Of a stretch of 64,000 bases of DNA, positions 27,810-40,149 are shown piece by piece (position 1 is the stretch's first letter; each line of letters starts with the position of its first letter). The notes below the pieces were generated by a model that ran no database searches, was not told the origin of the DNA, and worked only from the letters and a program-made list of their open reading frames with translations. Both the position numbers and the translations under genes were made by a program. Source of the DNA: Eledone cirrhosa (Eukaryota); NCBI GenBank assembly GCA_964016885.1, contig OZ024741.1, forward strand, positions 87,544,001 through 87,608,000. Reading direction: 5' to 3'.

Positions 27810-28300
27810 ATAAGGGTTTCTAATTTTGGCATAAACCAGTTATTTTACATTAAGAGTTGTCAGTCGATTATATTGACCGCAGTTCGTAAATTGTACTTCG
27901 GAAGGATGACAGGCAAAACTGACCACAGTGTGGTTTGAACTCAAACAGCCCTAACTAAATGCCACAAAGCATTTTGTCCAGCGCTCTAAGGGTTTCTAAT
28001 TTGGGCACAAGACCAACATATTTGGGTGGCGGGGCCAGTTGATTATATTGAACCCAATATTTGAATTGTACTTTATTCTATGAAATTTGGAAAGATGACA
28101 GGCAAAGTTGAACTCAATGTGATTTGAACTTAGAGCCGGAACAGAAACGACTAAGAATTGGCAGAATTGTTAGAGCGTTGGATAAAATTCCAATGCGGTA
28201 TTTATTCTTGCTCTGTACATTCTGAGTCCAAATCCTTCTTGGGAACTGGGATTGATTAATCAACTTTGCTCTTCCCCTAAATTTGCTGGTCGTGCGCCTA
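27810..28300. mobile_element. Cluster of old SINE copies (two on -, one on +)
   Basis: GGATGACAGGCAAA..TTTGAACT cores; + strand TGGCAGAATTGTTAGAGCG head at ~28160. Confidence 0.55.
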
Positions 28301-28819
28301 GAGTATACATATCGATATTACAATACAACATCAGACAAAAACCCCCGCGGTGTTAGTTACGTTTCTTAAATTAGCAAAAAAATACATTTCCCTATATAAA
28401 ACCAGGCTCCATATTCAATAATTATTTTGTTATTGGAGAATGTAAATATGTACCTTTTCAACGCCAGATTAGTTAGTGGAGTATCATAATAACGTCATTA
28501 TATTCCTTGTTTATCAATCTGTTCTTGCTTAATTTCCATCATTTGCACTTGAGTGTATGAAACATATTACTTCAAGCGCTATAGAATTGATAGCTATTAT
28601 CTTAATCTTGCAATTAGTTGATATTTAAATATTAATCCGAGCCATCTCTTACTATCTCTCTCAATCTTTTCATTCATTCCAGTGATTATTTGACCTATTT
28701 CATCAATTCCTCGAGGCTTTCAAGTTCAACCTAACTCTGAATAACTCTCTCTTTCTCTCTCCCCCTCATTCTTTCTTTCTATATATATATACATATATGT
28801 CTGTATCTATCCAACTTTT

Positions 28820-28891
<72 letters not shown>

Positions 28892-29894
28892 TAACCCCTT
28901 ACCTGTGCTAGTATGTTTCTGTCTGTTAATCTAATGAGATATAGTTTACATTTATTTGCTTTTTCTCTAAGCACATATTTCTGCAGCATACATTTCTATT
29001 AAAATTTGCTTTCACAAAAGCCTCGCCAAATCAGGTTACTCTAAGTATTACATTTTTCAATTTCAATAGTATTGAAGAAGAAGAAGAAGAAGAAGAAGAA
29101 GAAGAAGAAGAAGAAGAAGAAGAAGAAGCTCTGAAGCGGATGACCATGTCTTATTGTTTTATCTGTTAATTGATACCTTCTATTGCTTACGTCTAGAACT
29201 CACCACAGCATAAGTAAAAAATCAATAAGGATATGCTGACTATGAAGGATAGAGTTGAGAAATCTTGCATGCATTAATTTCAACTCTTCGCCTTAATAGC
29301 TGCAATGAATCCTTCCAGGTAAACTGATTTCAAATGTAAATTTCCTTTCTCTCCCACTCTCCGTTCGATATGAGGTTATATCTTAACCTGAATTTTACTA
29401 TACATATAAATGGTATCCAGCTGTTTACAGCTACCCTTCGCGGTGAGAATACTACAATTTTGTGAAAATTCATATACACTCATCACTTCAAAACCTTTCA
29501 ATTAGGTCCGAAGGGTCAACGTCAGGTGTAATGTAGTCCGTGGCGGTGGCACGGCCAAAATGGTAAGCACGCCACCGCAGCCTTTAGGTAAATGTGTCCG
29601 TGTACTGTAACATCCTACACAGGTAAGTGTTGCTATCTGGTATTGGTATGTCCTCAGAAGAAGATGCGCAAGTAGACCTGTCCTTGGTACTCAGCTGGGT
29701 GATGACCCCAGATAACGAGCCAGCTGTCTGGGAAACATTTGTAACTGGGTTAAGCAATAAATCTTATATGTAACACCTCTACTTTGTTCTTATTATATAC
29801 ACTCTGCTCTGCATCGAGTGCTGACATTGGTACTCTCACCAGTTTTCTCCGGACTTACTGAACAGTTTTCTTCGGACTTACTGATCTTTTGCGC

Positions 29895-29968
<74 letters not shown>

Positions 29969-30287
29969 GGAAGTACAGCATAGTCGAAGCTCGAGCCGCA
30001 GCTAAGCCAACGAATGCAATCAGAAAGTGCAGCCAAGCACTCTATAAGGTATAACACCTTAGAGTAATAACATACAGTTTAAAGGGCTTTGCAAATTGAA
30101 GATAGCGACCGGTAATTCAGCCGCGGGGACTGTAGCAACGAAAGCACTGGCTCGCGAGAAAAAATACATATATATATATATATATAATTAAATTAAATTA
30201 AGGGAGTCATGTCCGAGACATGCGCCATATCCACCGTAGAATAAGCTCAAAGATTCCAATGAATAGATCCGAGCATTTTATATCAAC

Positions 30288-30762
30288 TATTGATTGACAT
30301 ATATATATATATATATTTAAAATAAACACATGAAACAATCGCAGGGGATAATTTGTAAAGTGTGTAATCACACATAGCTAGGTAGGTAACTAATTAAAGT
30401 TTAACTAGAGCTTCAAATATTACCTTTTAAAAAATAATTAATCTTCCTTGTATATATCTAATTAAAGAAATATATTTCACCATTAATCCGTAACGTCACA
30501 GTAGTCAAATCATGGATCTTCAGCAAGGGAGAAGATTTAACTATCTAATTGACTAATGTGACTTTACGGATTAATGGTGAAATATATTTCTTTAATGAGA
30601 TATATACAAGGAAGATTAATCATTTTTTAAAAGGTAATATTTGAAGCTCTAGTTAAACTGTAATTAGTTACCTACCTAGCTATGTGTGATTACACATTTT
30701 ACAAATTATCCCCTGTGATTGTTTCATGTGTTTATTTTAAATATATATATATGTCAATCAAT
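30288..30762. repeat. ~220-bp-arm inverted repeat with partial HHR motif in the centre
   Basis: 30288-30510 is the reverse complement of ~30547-30762; minus-strand CTGAAGA (30517-30523) ... GAAA (30475-30478). Confidence 0.8.
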
Positions 30763-30769
30763 TTCTAGT

Positions 30770-30834
<65 letters not shown>

Positions 30835-30982
30835 GATAAATCTACCAAGAGTTTACGGTAGTGTCCAATCCATATGAAGAACAAAATGTAATCCGGATAT
30901 CATGGAAAGAAGAGATGCAATGAAAAATCACTTTCGGTGAAAGATAAACGGAATACAGAGTCAAGATAAAATATTAAAAAAT

Positions 30983-31130
30983 ATTATTTCTGAAGACGGC
31001 ATATATATGTGTTGGTATGTATATTTAATTTTGATAGTTTGTATAATTTTGTATAATTTTGTACATAGATCTGTTGAATATGCATGCCAATTCTAACACA
31101 TATATATCCTAGAAACGATCGTTAAATAAT
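30983..31130 (+). ncRNA. Type-I hammerhead ribozyme with ~115-nt stem II
   Basis: Stem I ATTATTT/AAATAAT; CTGAAGA 30990; stem II ATATATATGTGTTGG/CTAACACATATATAT; GAAA 31112; palindromic CGATCG; cleavage triplet GUU. Confidence 0.75.
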
Positions 31131-31187
31131 GAACTTTTTTTGTTTAATATAAGGAACTGTTTCATTGTTTTATTCATTATTTTTTTA

Positions 31188-31278
<91 letters not shown>

Positions 31279-31280
31279 CA

Positions 31281-31398
31281 AACCTGGACCATCGCTTCGA
31301 TGGTTTCTGTAAATCCGAAATCTTCAAATTCCGCTTGCGGTGTATGCAAGTTGTTGGTTTTGGAAGTTTGAACAGAAGATTTACTTTCTCAACAGGCT
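31281..31398 (-). ncRNA. Type-I hammerhead, U3:A8 core variant
   Basis: AGCCTG-TTGAGAA-a-GTAAATCT...GGATTTAC-a-GAAA-CCATCG-aag-CGATGG-TC-CAGGTT. Confidence 0.8.
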
Positions 31399-31642
31399 TC
31401 CGTTCAGACGCCAGGCCGGTTATGAGTAAACACATATTTCTCCAAAGGGAGCTAATACACGGCTTTTGGCGGTCAAATTTAAATTTTGAGCAATGGAATT
31501 ATTTCCATACACAAACTGAATTAAGCACTCAACGAGATCGTTATTAAACAAACATAAATAATTAACCAATCAATAGAATTGTCTAATTAAATTAATCAAT
31601 TAATCATTAGGTCTAGGAGATAATAATACAAATGGAAGTACA

Positions 31643-31682
<40 letters not shown>

Positions 31683-32503
31683 CAATTGATATTAAATAAA
31701 TGGAAACTATATTTATAAAACCATATTTATTCTATTATATATATTTCAAGGGTACCACAAATTTTGGTACGTTATCATCAGATAAAATACAAAATGTTTT
31801 ATAAATATTTGACATGACCAAGGATGATATACCTTAACGGTTCAAGTTATCCCTGGAAAGTGAAGGGAAGAGAGGAGAAAAAGTCAGATATTTAAAATTA
31901 TTAATATGATTATGCAAATGATGTGTATATTAAAGGGCTGAAAAAAACGTTATTTTAGACGCTATGGAAAATTTAGATATTTGTGATAAGGAAAGAAGAG
32001 AAAGAGAAAAGAATAACGTTAATTTGGGGGAAAAAGATTTTTGTTACCTATGCTATGAGTTATAAAATTATATGAAGAATTATGGTTGTAAGTTTTGGAA
32101 ATCAAACAAATATAGATGTTTACAACTGATTCAAAGCACACGACACGTTTCAAATATCTGTATTTGTTGGATTTCCAACAAATTAAATATCTCTTATACA
32201 TATATATATACTAGACCACCCGTGACCCGTTGGGTCATGTTCACTTTAAAATATTTTTTTTTAAATCGTGTTCACTTAAAAATAATTTTTAAATAATAAA
32301 AATATACACAGACATGTATATAATGTGAAATGAAACTGGAAGACCTATATATATAAGTGAGTGTATGTATATATATATATGTGTGTGTGTGTAAACATAT
32401 ACATATATATGTATGTGTGTGTATATATATACATATGTGGATGTCTGTGATCTACACGCACTGGTCATAATCACACACATATATATATATATTCACACAC
32501 ACT

Positions 32504-32555
<52 letters not shown>

Positions 32556-32867
32556 ACAGCTCTCTTCCATTTTCATTCTCTGTCTCCTCTCCCTCTTTCT
32601 GTCTCTCTTTCAATCTACTCTCTCACAACCACTATCTCTTTCTCTCTATCTTTTTCTCTCTTTGTTTACTTTGTTTATGAAGGCACCAGGAAAAACCCCA
32701 TATGTCGGGAACCCGCGGTCTGATTTACGCGAAATTTGTTTTGTTCCATTTGTATTCCCATTTCAGGGTCAACTTCCTTTCAAAGTATTTTCCCATTATG
32801 TGCCCTTTATCTGTATTACATTACAGATAAGCAAGCAAGCAATCAATCACAGACTTTTAGTATTATA

Positions 32868-33352
32868 TAAAAATGTATACACCATTCTAATATATATATT
32901 GCCTGTACAAGTAATCAAAGTGTGTATACATTTTTCGGGGACACCATATATATATATACCGGGGTCCCTAAAAATGTATACACCATTCTAATATATATAT
33001 TGCCTGTACAGGTAATCAAAGTGTGTATACATTTTTCAGGGGACACCATATATATATATATACCGGGGTCCCTAAAAATGTATACACCATTCTAATATAT
33101 ATATTGCCTGTACAGGTAATCAAAGTGTGTATACATTTTTCGGGGACCCCATATATATATACCGGGGTCCCTAAAAATGTATACACCATTCTAATATATA
33201 TATTGCCTGTACAGGTATTCAAAGTGTGTATACATTTTTCCGGGACACCATATATATATATACCGGTGTCCCTAAAAATGTATACACCATTCTAATATAT
33301 ATATATATTGCCTGTACAGGTAATCAAAGTGTGTATACATTTTTCCGCGACA

Positions 33353-33355
<3 letters not shown>
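32868..33355. repeat. Tandem array of ~5 mariner-like mini-MITEs (~100-bp period) separated by (TA)n
   Basis: Unit CCGGGGTCCCTAAAAATGTATACAC...GTGTATACATTTTTCGGGGACACC. Confidence 0.85.
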
Positions 33356-33392
<37 letters not shown>

Positions 33393-33547
33393 TAAAATAA
33401 CAGATTAAAGTTTAAGCAAAGAATCGCTGCTTTCACCCTTAACGGGATCTTCTGAAACTAACAAAGTCAATCTGTAAACGCAGAACTGGATATTTCAAAA
33501 AACGTTGCAACCGGAGGAAGACAGGAAGACGATACTTTGGTTCGTGG

Positions 33548-33805
33548 TAACGTTCGCTGGCAAAGAACGGGAAAAAACGAATAACACATAGGAGCGGTGA
33601 AAAACAATTACGCGCAAAGACAAAACCACGTTTATGGTATAAAAGAGGTCGTAGACTAATGTTCTCTTAGGTGGTGCATAGAGACGTTCTCTGGCAATGA
33701 ACGAAAAAACGAAGATAATAAGTCATATGTGGAGCGTGGAGAACAATAGCACGCAAAGACAAAACCACGTAGATGGTATAGCAGAAATCGTAGACTAAAT
33801 TTCTA
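33548..33805. repeat. Diverged ~130-bp tandem duplication
   Basis: Two copies of ACGTTC.CTGGCAA.GAACG...GCAAAGACAAAACCACGT...TCGTAGACTAA. Confidence 0.7.
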
Positions 33806-34321
33806 ACTAGGAGACCAAATGAATCTCCGCTACATGTTATCCATGTGCTACCTGCAGTATTTTTCTCTATATTTTATTACATATATTTACCACTGCGATT
33901 CTGTGTTTTTTTCTCTCTCTCTTACTGTTCCCCCATTCTCTCTGTTTCTCCCCCTCTGTCATGTCAGTTAACTCTTCCTCACACTTTCACTCACTCACTG
34001 TTTCTCTCTCTTCTCTTCATTTCATCCTGTACACCACGAAGGCTATTTTTCTCTCTCACATAGCCTTCGCTCGTGTCGGGTCTGTTCTAAAAGCGCTCAT
34101 ATATTCACCTAGCTTATGCTAAAAAGAATAATTTTTGAAGCTTGTTTCTTTCCCCTGGTTAGCCATACTCTTTGTTGTTCTCCTGTCTCACTCGCTTTAC
34201 GCGTTTTAATTGTCCTAATAACTTATTTTGGTTATTATTGCACCGACGTGAGGTATATGATTTTTAATGCAATGAAATATCTATGATCGTCGGCAAATCA
34301 CTGATGAGGGACTCCTTTTAT

Positions 34322-34369
<48 letters not shown>

Positions 34370-34436
34370 GTTAATTATGCTAATTGGGAGAGGAAATAGT
34401 ATATATTTTATCTTGTGATTCTATAGACATGTTTTA

Positions 34437-34515
<79 letters not shown>

Positions 34516-34542
34516 TATGTATATATATATATGTATATATAT

Positions 34543-35627
34543 ATAAAGAATTAGTATATCTACCAACATATATATACAGATGCATACCTATGCTAGCAAA
34601 TATATAGCTTTTGTCTTAGTAACTTTGTGGTTTAATGCAAGGGGATGCAGAACAATTATATGAAAGACGTAAAATTAAAAAATTATAAAAATTAACTTAC
34701 TTACTAGAATTTCACTCCAACTAATTAGTTTCTGAAAGGGAATAAACATGGTTTCCAAATGTCTTTTTAACACCCCACGCCTCACTGATTAACCTCGATG
34801 TCACGTGATTGATTCTTTTGAATTTGCCACCGACCAAGTAGGCAGTGAATTTTTCAATGTCTTGGAATTTAGTCCACGCTTGCTTTTTTCCATCCATTGA
34901 ATTATTTTTGTATAAGTTCCCTGCTTCCACGCATCGCCTGGTAACTTAGCTGAGAACAAACTTCTTGATGACGAAACGGCTTCTCCATGCTTTCCATTTG
35001 GAAACCATGTTTATTCCCTTTCAGAAACTAATTAGTTGGAGTGAAATTTTAGTAAGTAAGTTAATTTTTATAATTTTCTTATTTTACGTCTTTCATATAA
35101 TTGTTCTGCATCCCCTTGCATTGAACCACAAAGTTACTAAGACAAAACCTATATATTTGCTAGCATAGGTATGCATCTGTATATATATGTTGGTAGATAT
35201 ACTAATTCTTTATAATTATCTCCAAATTATTTTGTTGAGCAAAAATTTTCCAAAACTACTACTATGGTTCATAGTAATAGTCAGGCAACTGTCTTATTAG
35301 CACCCCACTCCTCACTGATTAACCTCAATGTCACGTGATTGATTCTTTTGAATTTGCCACCGACCAAGTAGGCAGTGATATTTTCAATGTCCTTGAATTT
35401 AGTCCTCGCTTGCTTTTTTCCATCCACTGAATTATTTTTGTATAAGTTCCCTGTGTCCACGCATTGCCTGGGAACTTAGCTGAAAATAGACCGCCCTGAT
35501 GACGAAAGGATTTTTCTCGATGTTGTTCCGATCTAAAACCATGTTTATTCCCTTTCAGAAACTAATTAGTTGGAGTGAAATTTTAGTAAGTAAGTTAATT
35601 TTTATAATTTTCGTATTTTACGTCTTT

Positions 35628-35630
<3 letters not shown>
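34543..35630 (+). mobile_element. ORF-less PLE-like element: 5' inverted arm plus 1.6 copies of a 530-bp unit with degenerate HHR
   Basis: 34543-34761 is inverted to 34996-35213; 34761-35092 repeats at 35291-35627; CTGATGA at 35496, TTGATGA..GAAAC at 34965-35005. Confidence 0.75.
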
Positions 35631-35680
<50 letters not shown>

Positions 35681-35682
<2 letters not shown>

Positions 35683-36363
35683 CACAATTCGGAAGTTGCG
35701 TTTCGCTAATTTCTACTCGCCGAAATGCGATTCTCGTTAAATGTATATTTGTATTAATCTCCCAAGTCTAGCAATTAACCAGTGAATTTTTTTGATTTGT
35801 TTAGTTAATTCTATTGACTGATTAATCGCCTAAGTTTATTTTAAAAACTACTCGGTTGAGAACTTAATTCTTTTTGTGCTTTTTTTGCAAATTTTTGCAA
35901 TGACTACACATACTGAATTCTTTTGCCAAAACTAGGGGTTTTCTCCCTTTTGGACTTCACATGTGCTTTGTAACACTGTGGGATCCTGGCGCACGCTGAA
36001 CAAAATGCCTGTTGAGAAAGTTATATCCTTGTTCGATCATTATACCAAAAGTTTATTACTTTTTATAAGCAGACAGTATTATTGATTTAGGTGTCTCAGA
36101 AACCCTATATCGGATTATACCATCATTCCCGAGGGTCCGGGTAAATATTTCAATCATATCTTATTTTTGTTTCACCCGCTTAGCTTGCTCGCTTTTTTAG
36201 CTTAGGTGGTTAATGGCTTCTTAACCATCGTCTCAGTTATGTATGGCCTATTAACTTATGTTTATAGCTCTGGTATATTCAAATCCATTGAGCACTCGCC
36301 AACACAATTCGGAAGTTGCGTTTCGCTAATTTCTACTCGCCGAAATGCGATTCTCGCTAAATG

Positions 36364-36368
<5 letters not shown>
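35681..36368 (+). mobile_element. ORF-less 620-bp unit with ~67-bp terminal direct repeat and one HHR
   Basis: AACACAATTCGGAAGTTGCG...AAATGTATAT at 35681 and 36301; microsatellite flanks. Confidence 0.8.
36006..36143 (+). ncRNA. Type-I hammerhead, U3:A8 core variant
   Basis: TGCCTG-TTGAGAA (36012) ... GAAAC (36099) CCT...AGG-GTC (36135)-CGGGTA; homologous to 31281-31398, stem II base weak. Confidence 0.65.
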
Positions 36369-36454
<86 letters not shown>

Positions 36455-36483
36455 GTATATATATACATATATATATATATGTG

Positions 36484-36546
<63 letters not shown>

Positions 36547-36556
36547 ATATATATAT

Positions 36557-36608
<52 letters not shown>

Positions 36609-37773
36609 ATCTATTGCCGGTGTTTTTGCATAGCTACGGCTTTCTAAATGTTTATTTATAAATATACCGTATTTCTTTAGAAATACGAAATTCCAATACA
36701 TATCCGTATTCAGCTATGCATGAAGCTAAATTCTAATTCTGTTTTATATATATATATATATACATAATTATATGTGAGTGTGTGTGATTATAGTGTAGTA
36801 CTTCACTATTATCTTTGGTAAGGTGGGAGAAGCTCTATTCACATTACAATCCTCGGTTCATCGGGAGTATAAGACGGACGACAAAGTTATTGTTAAACAC
36901 AGTTCAGGTAGCAGAGCATTAATATTCAATATTACAAAGAAACCAAGGTTACCATCTTACATCACTCCTTTATTTCTATGTTAGTTTCTATACGGTCGTA
37001 ATGGTTGCAGAACTAACTGGAAATTATTAATTATCAATTAACTACATCATACATAATGCCTATAATTCGCATATTCTCTGGAAATTGTAAATAATTGTAT
37101 AGAATAAAGTTCACCAACTTCAAAAGGTGTCAAGTACATATGCAATATCCAAACGTGTTAGCGTAGAGCAAGCAGTTAGGTTCGAAAAGCATATTACGTA
37201 CATGGAGTGTTTTGACCGTACAAAACCATAGGTTGCGTTACAATTTACAATGTTATTAGTTATTTTTCTTGTTCAGTTAGAGTGATATCTGTTGTGTGAC
37301 ATTACAGGAGTGGAAAATTATCCTATAGATGGTAGTAAGTTAGTTTATGTACCAGGCATTACTTATCTATTATTTGTTTATTTAGAATGTTGTTATTTTT
37401 CTTTATGTAGATGATGAAATAAATTTGTTATTAAAATTGCGGAATTTGGAAGTGTTTTTAAGAAGCAGTAGTAGGCGCTGACAGGGATTTAGCGTTTTAC
37501 ACAGAGAAATAATGTATACAGAAAGAAATAATATATAAAAAAATATATAAAGCACACATTGCACATGAAAAATTATCATATTTATCAGTCCGGTTCAAAT
37601 ACAAAATATTTGTTTCGAGTTGATATGGCATTATTCCTGACATTCTGTTTATTTTTTAAATGGATAAAAATATTTGTCATTATCTTGTTGATCAGTATAT
37701 ATGTATTCTGGCAGTGTTTATTCCGTTAATGTCGCTTGTTAAATAGTTGTCGTTATTTGCTTTGTATTTTCGT

Positions 37774-37885
<112 letters not shown>

Positions 37886-38038
37886 GAGAGAGAGATGTAA
37901 AATTCCGAGCACCAAGTGGTTTCACGAGCGGAAACTGCTTGGTGCCGCCGCTTCGGGATTTTTACATATCGTTATACTCAGATTGCATTTCCCCGTACAT
38001 TGAGTACTCCTATGATTAGTGGTCTCCCTGATCCAGCA

Positions 38039-38157
<119 letters not shown>

Positions 38158-38558
38158 ATGTATATATATATATGTATAATGTATAATAAACAATACAATA
38201 TAATTACCTCATTACCAGAGGTTTCCCGAATAAGACGAATACGAAAAACGTCCTGGACCGGCAACCACTCTGTTTAATTAGCTCTTAAATATTACTGGAA
38301 TTCTATAAGAATCCAGCTTCTATAACCCTCGGCAGAAGCAAAGGAGTGGAGTGAGTGGCTATGATAAACGCTAACAAGCGAGTAACAGGACTGTCGATCA
38401 TTCTTCTTTTCTTTTGCCGAGAATAAGTTAGCGACGTAGTCACTACTTTAAAGCTCATAGCGAATGATCTTCAAAATGTTTTTAATTAAACATACAGTAC
38501 ATTGTTAAATATACTATACATACATTCATGTATACATCGCTATTTCAGAGCACCAATA

Positions 38559-38865
<307 letters not shown>

Positions 38866-38956
38866 CGAAGGAAATGTGGTAAGGAACCAGGTGGACCATA
38901 ACGCACCAAAGTACTCAATACTTGAGGTAGTAGAGTGGGTAATAGGAACCAGTAAG

Positions 38957-39050
38957 ACCCCGACAGCTGAGCTCAAGCCGTTTCGACGGCTAATTCTGGA
39001 CTAAATGAACATTTATCCTGGTATTTAAATAGCCGATCTTCTCAAGGGGT
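38957..39050 (-). ncRNA. Type-I hammerhead (U3:A8), mirror of 44066-44159
   Basis: Reverse complement of the 44066 motif. Confidence 0.8.
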
Positions 39051-40149
39051 AATTCCATATATGGTCAAAGTGATTGTCAAAAATCAGTAGTAATTCTGTG
39101 GTTGCAAATTAGTAGGGGAGATGGTGGCTAAACCTGCCAGTAGGAGAAAGAGGGGAGGGGGTGGAGTAGACCCAATCAAGCGTTGGTAGTGCCAGCTACA
39201 GCTGGGCATGAGGTCAAAGAAGATACAGGGGAGGGGGAGGGGGAGGAAGTCGGAACGGTAGGTAGAACAATGGGGGGTAGAAATAGGAAAGAAAAAATAC
39301 TGAGAGTGAAGAAAAGCAAATAAGTGTAAAGAAAAAATTAAATTCTACGACCTAGGTGTCAGGCTATTGTTAGGCGAGAATAAAATAAAGAAAGAAAGAA
39401 AGAAGTAAATAAATAAATAAATAAATAAATAAGGAAATACGTAAAAGAACTAGGTGGGACGAATTAGGCAAGGACCCTTTTAAGAGGTATAAGTACGTAA
39501 ATGATACGGTGACTGGTCAACAAAAGGGGCCAAAATACTAAAGAGACTACCACGAAATAAACAATAAAGGTTTCCATCCCGGGCCAGCAACGACCCAGTG
39601 CAGCAAAGTGAACTTGTACGACATAATAATTCTGAGTCCCGAGAAAAATATATACTAATGCTAACTCTAAAAGATCTAAAACAAGCTACATGAAAGTTCG
39701 TACGAAATAAAGGTAGAATACGGAGAAATAAGTTCAGAATCCACCCCGCCCAGAAGAAAAGCGAAGCAAGAAATACTGAAACGAAAAAATAAGGCATAAG
39801 TGCCACTAAGAAATATAGAGGGCACAGAGAATAGTGGGAGCGGTCGGAAAAGGGGGGCAAGTATCCGGGGTCTAAGCCAACTGCTATAAAGGGCGGCGTC
39901 CGCCAAATCTATCAAAGACTAGGGGAGGGGGGAGGGGGGGTACTAAGGCTACATGGGGCCAAAGGGCAGCCTCGGGTGGGCGAGGAAAAGACGCCGACAA
40001 AGGAGAAGAGCTGGGGTAGAAGGACAAAGGAGAGAGGGGGGAAGGAAATAAAGGATGCGATAAAAGAATACAAAGAAGATCTTACGTCTTCCTTGGCAAG
40101 CAGGGGTTACCCATTGCAAAATCGGCAACTGGGGTGTTATAGCCCTAGT

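Noticed and set aside
32868-33355. CRISPR-like repeat array
   Set aside because: The units are near-identical throughout with no unique spacers, there are no cas genes, and the context is eukaryotic.
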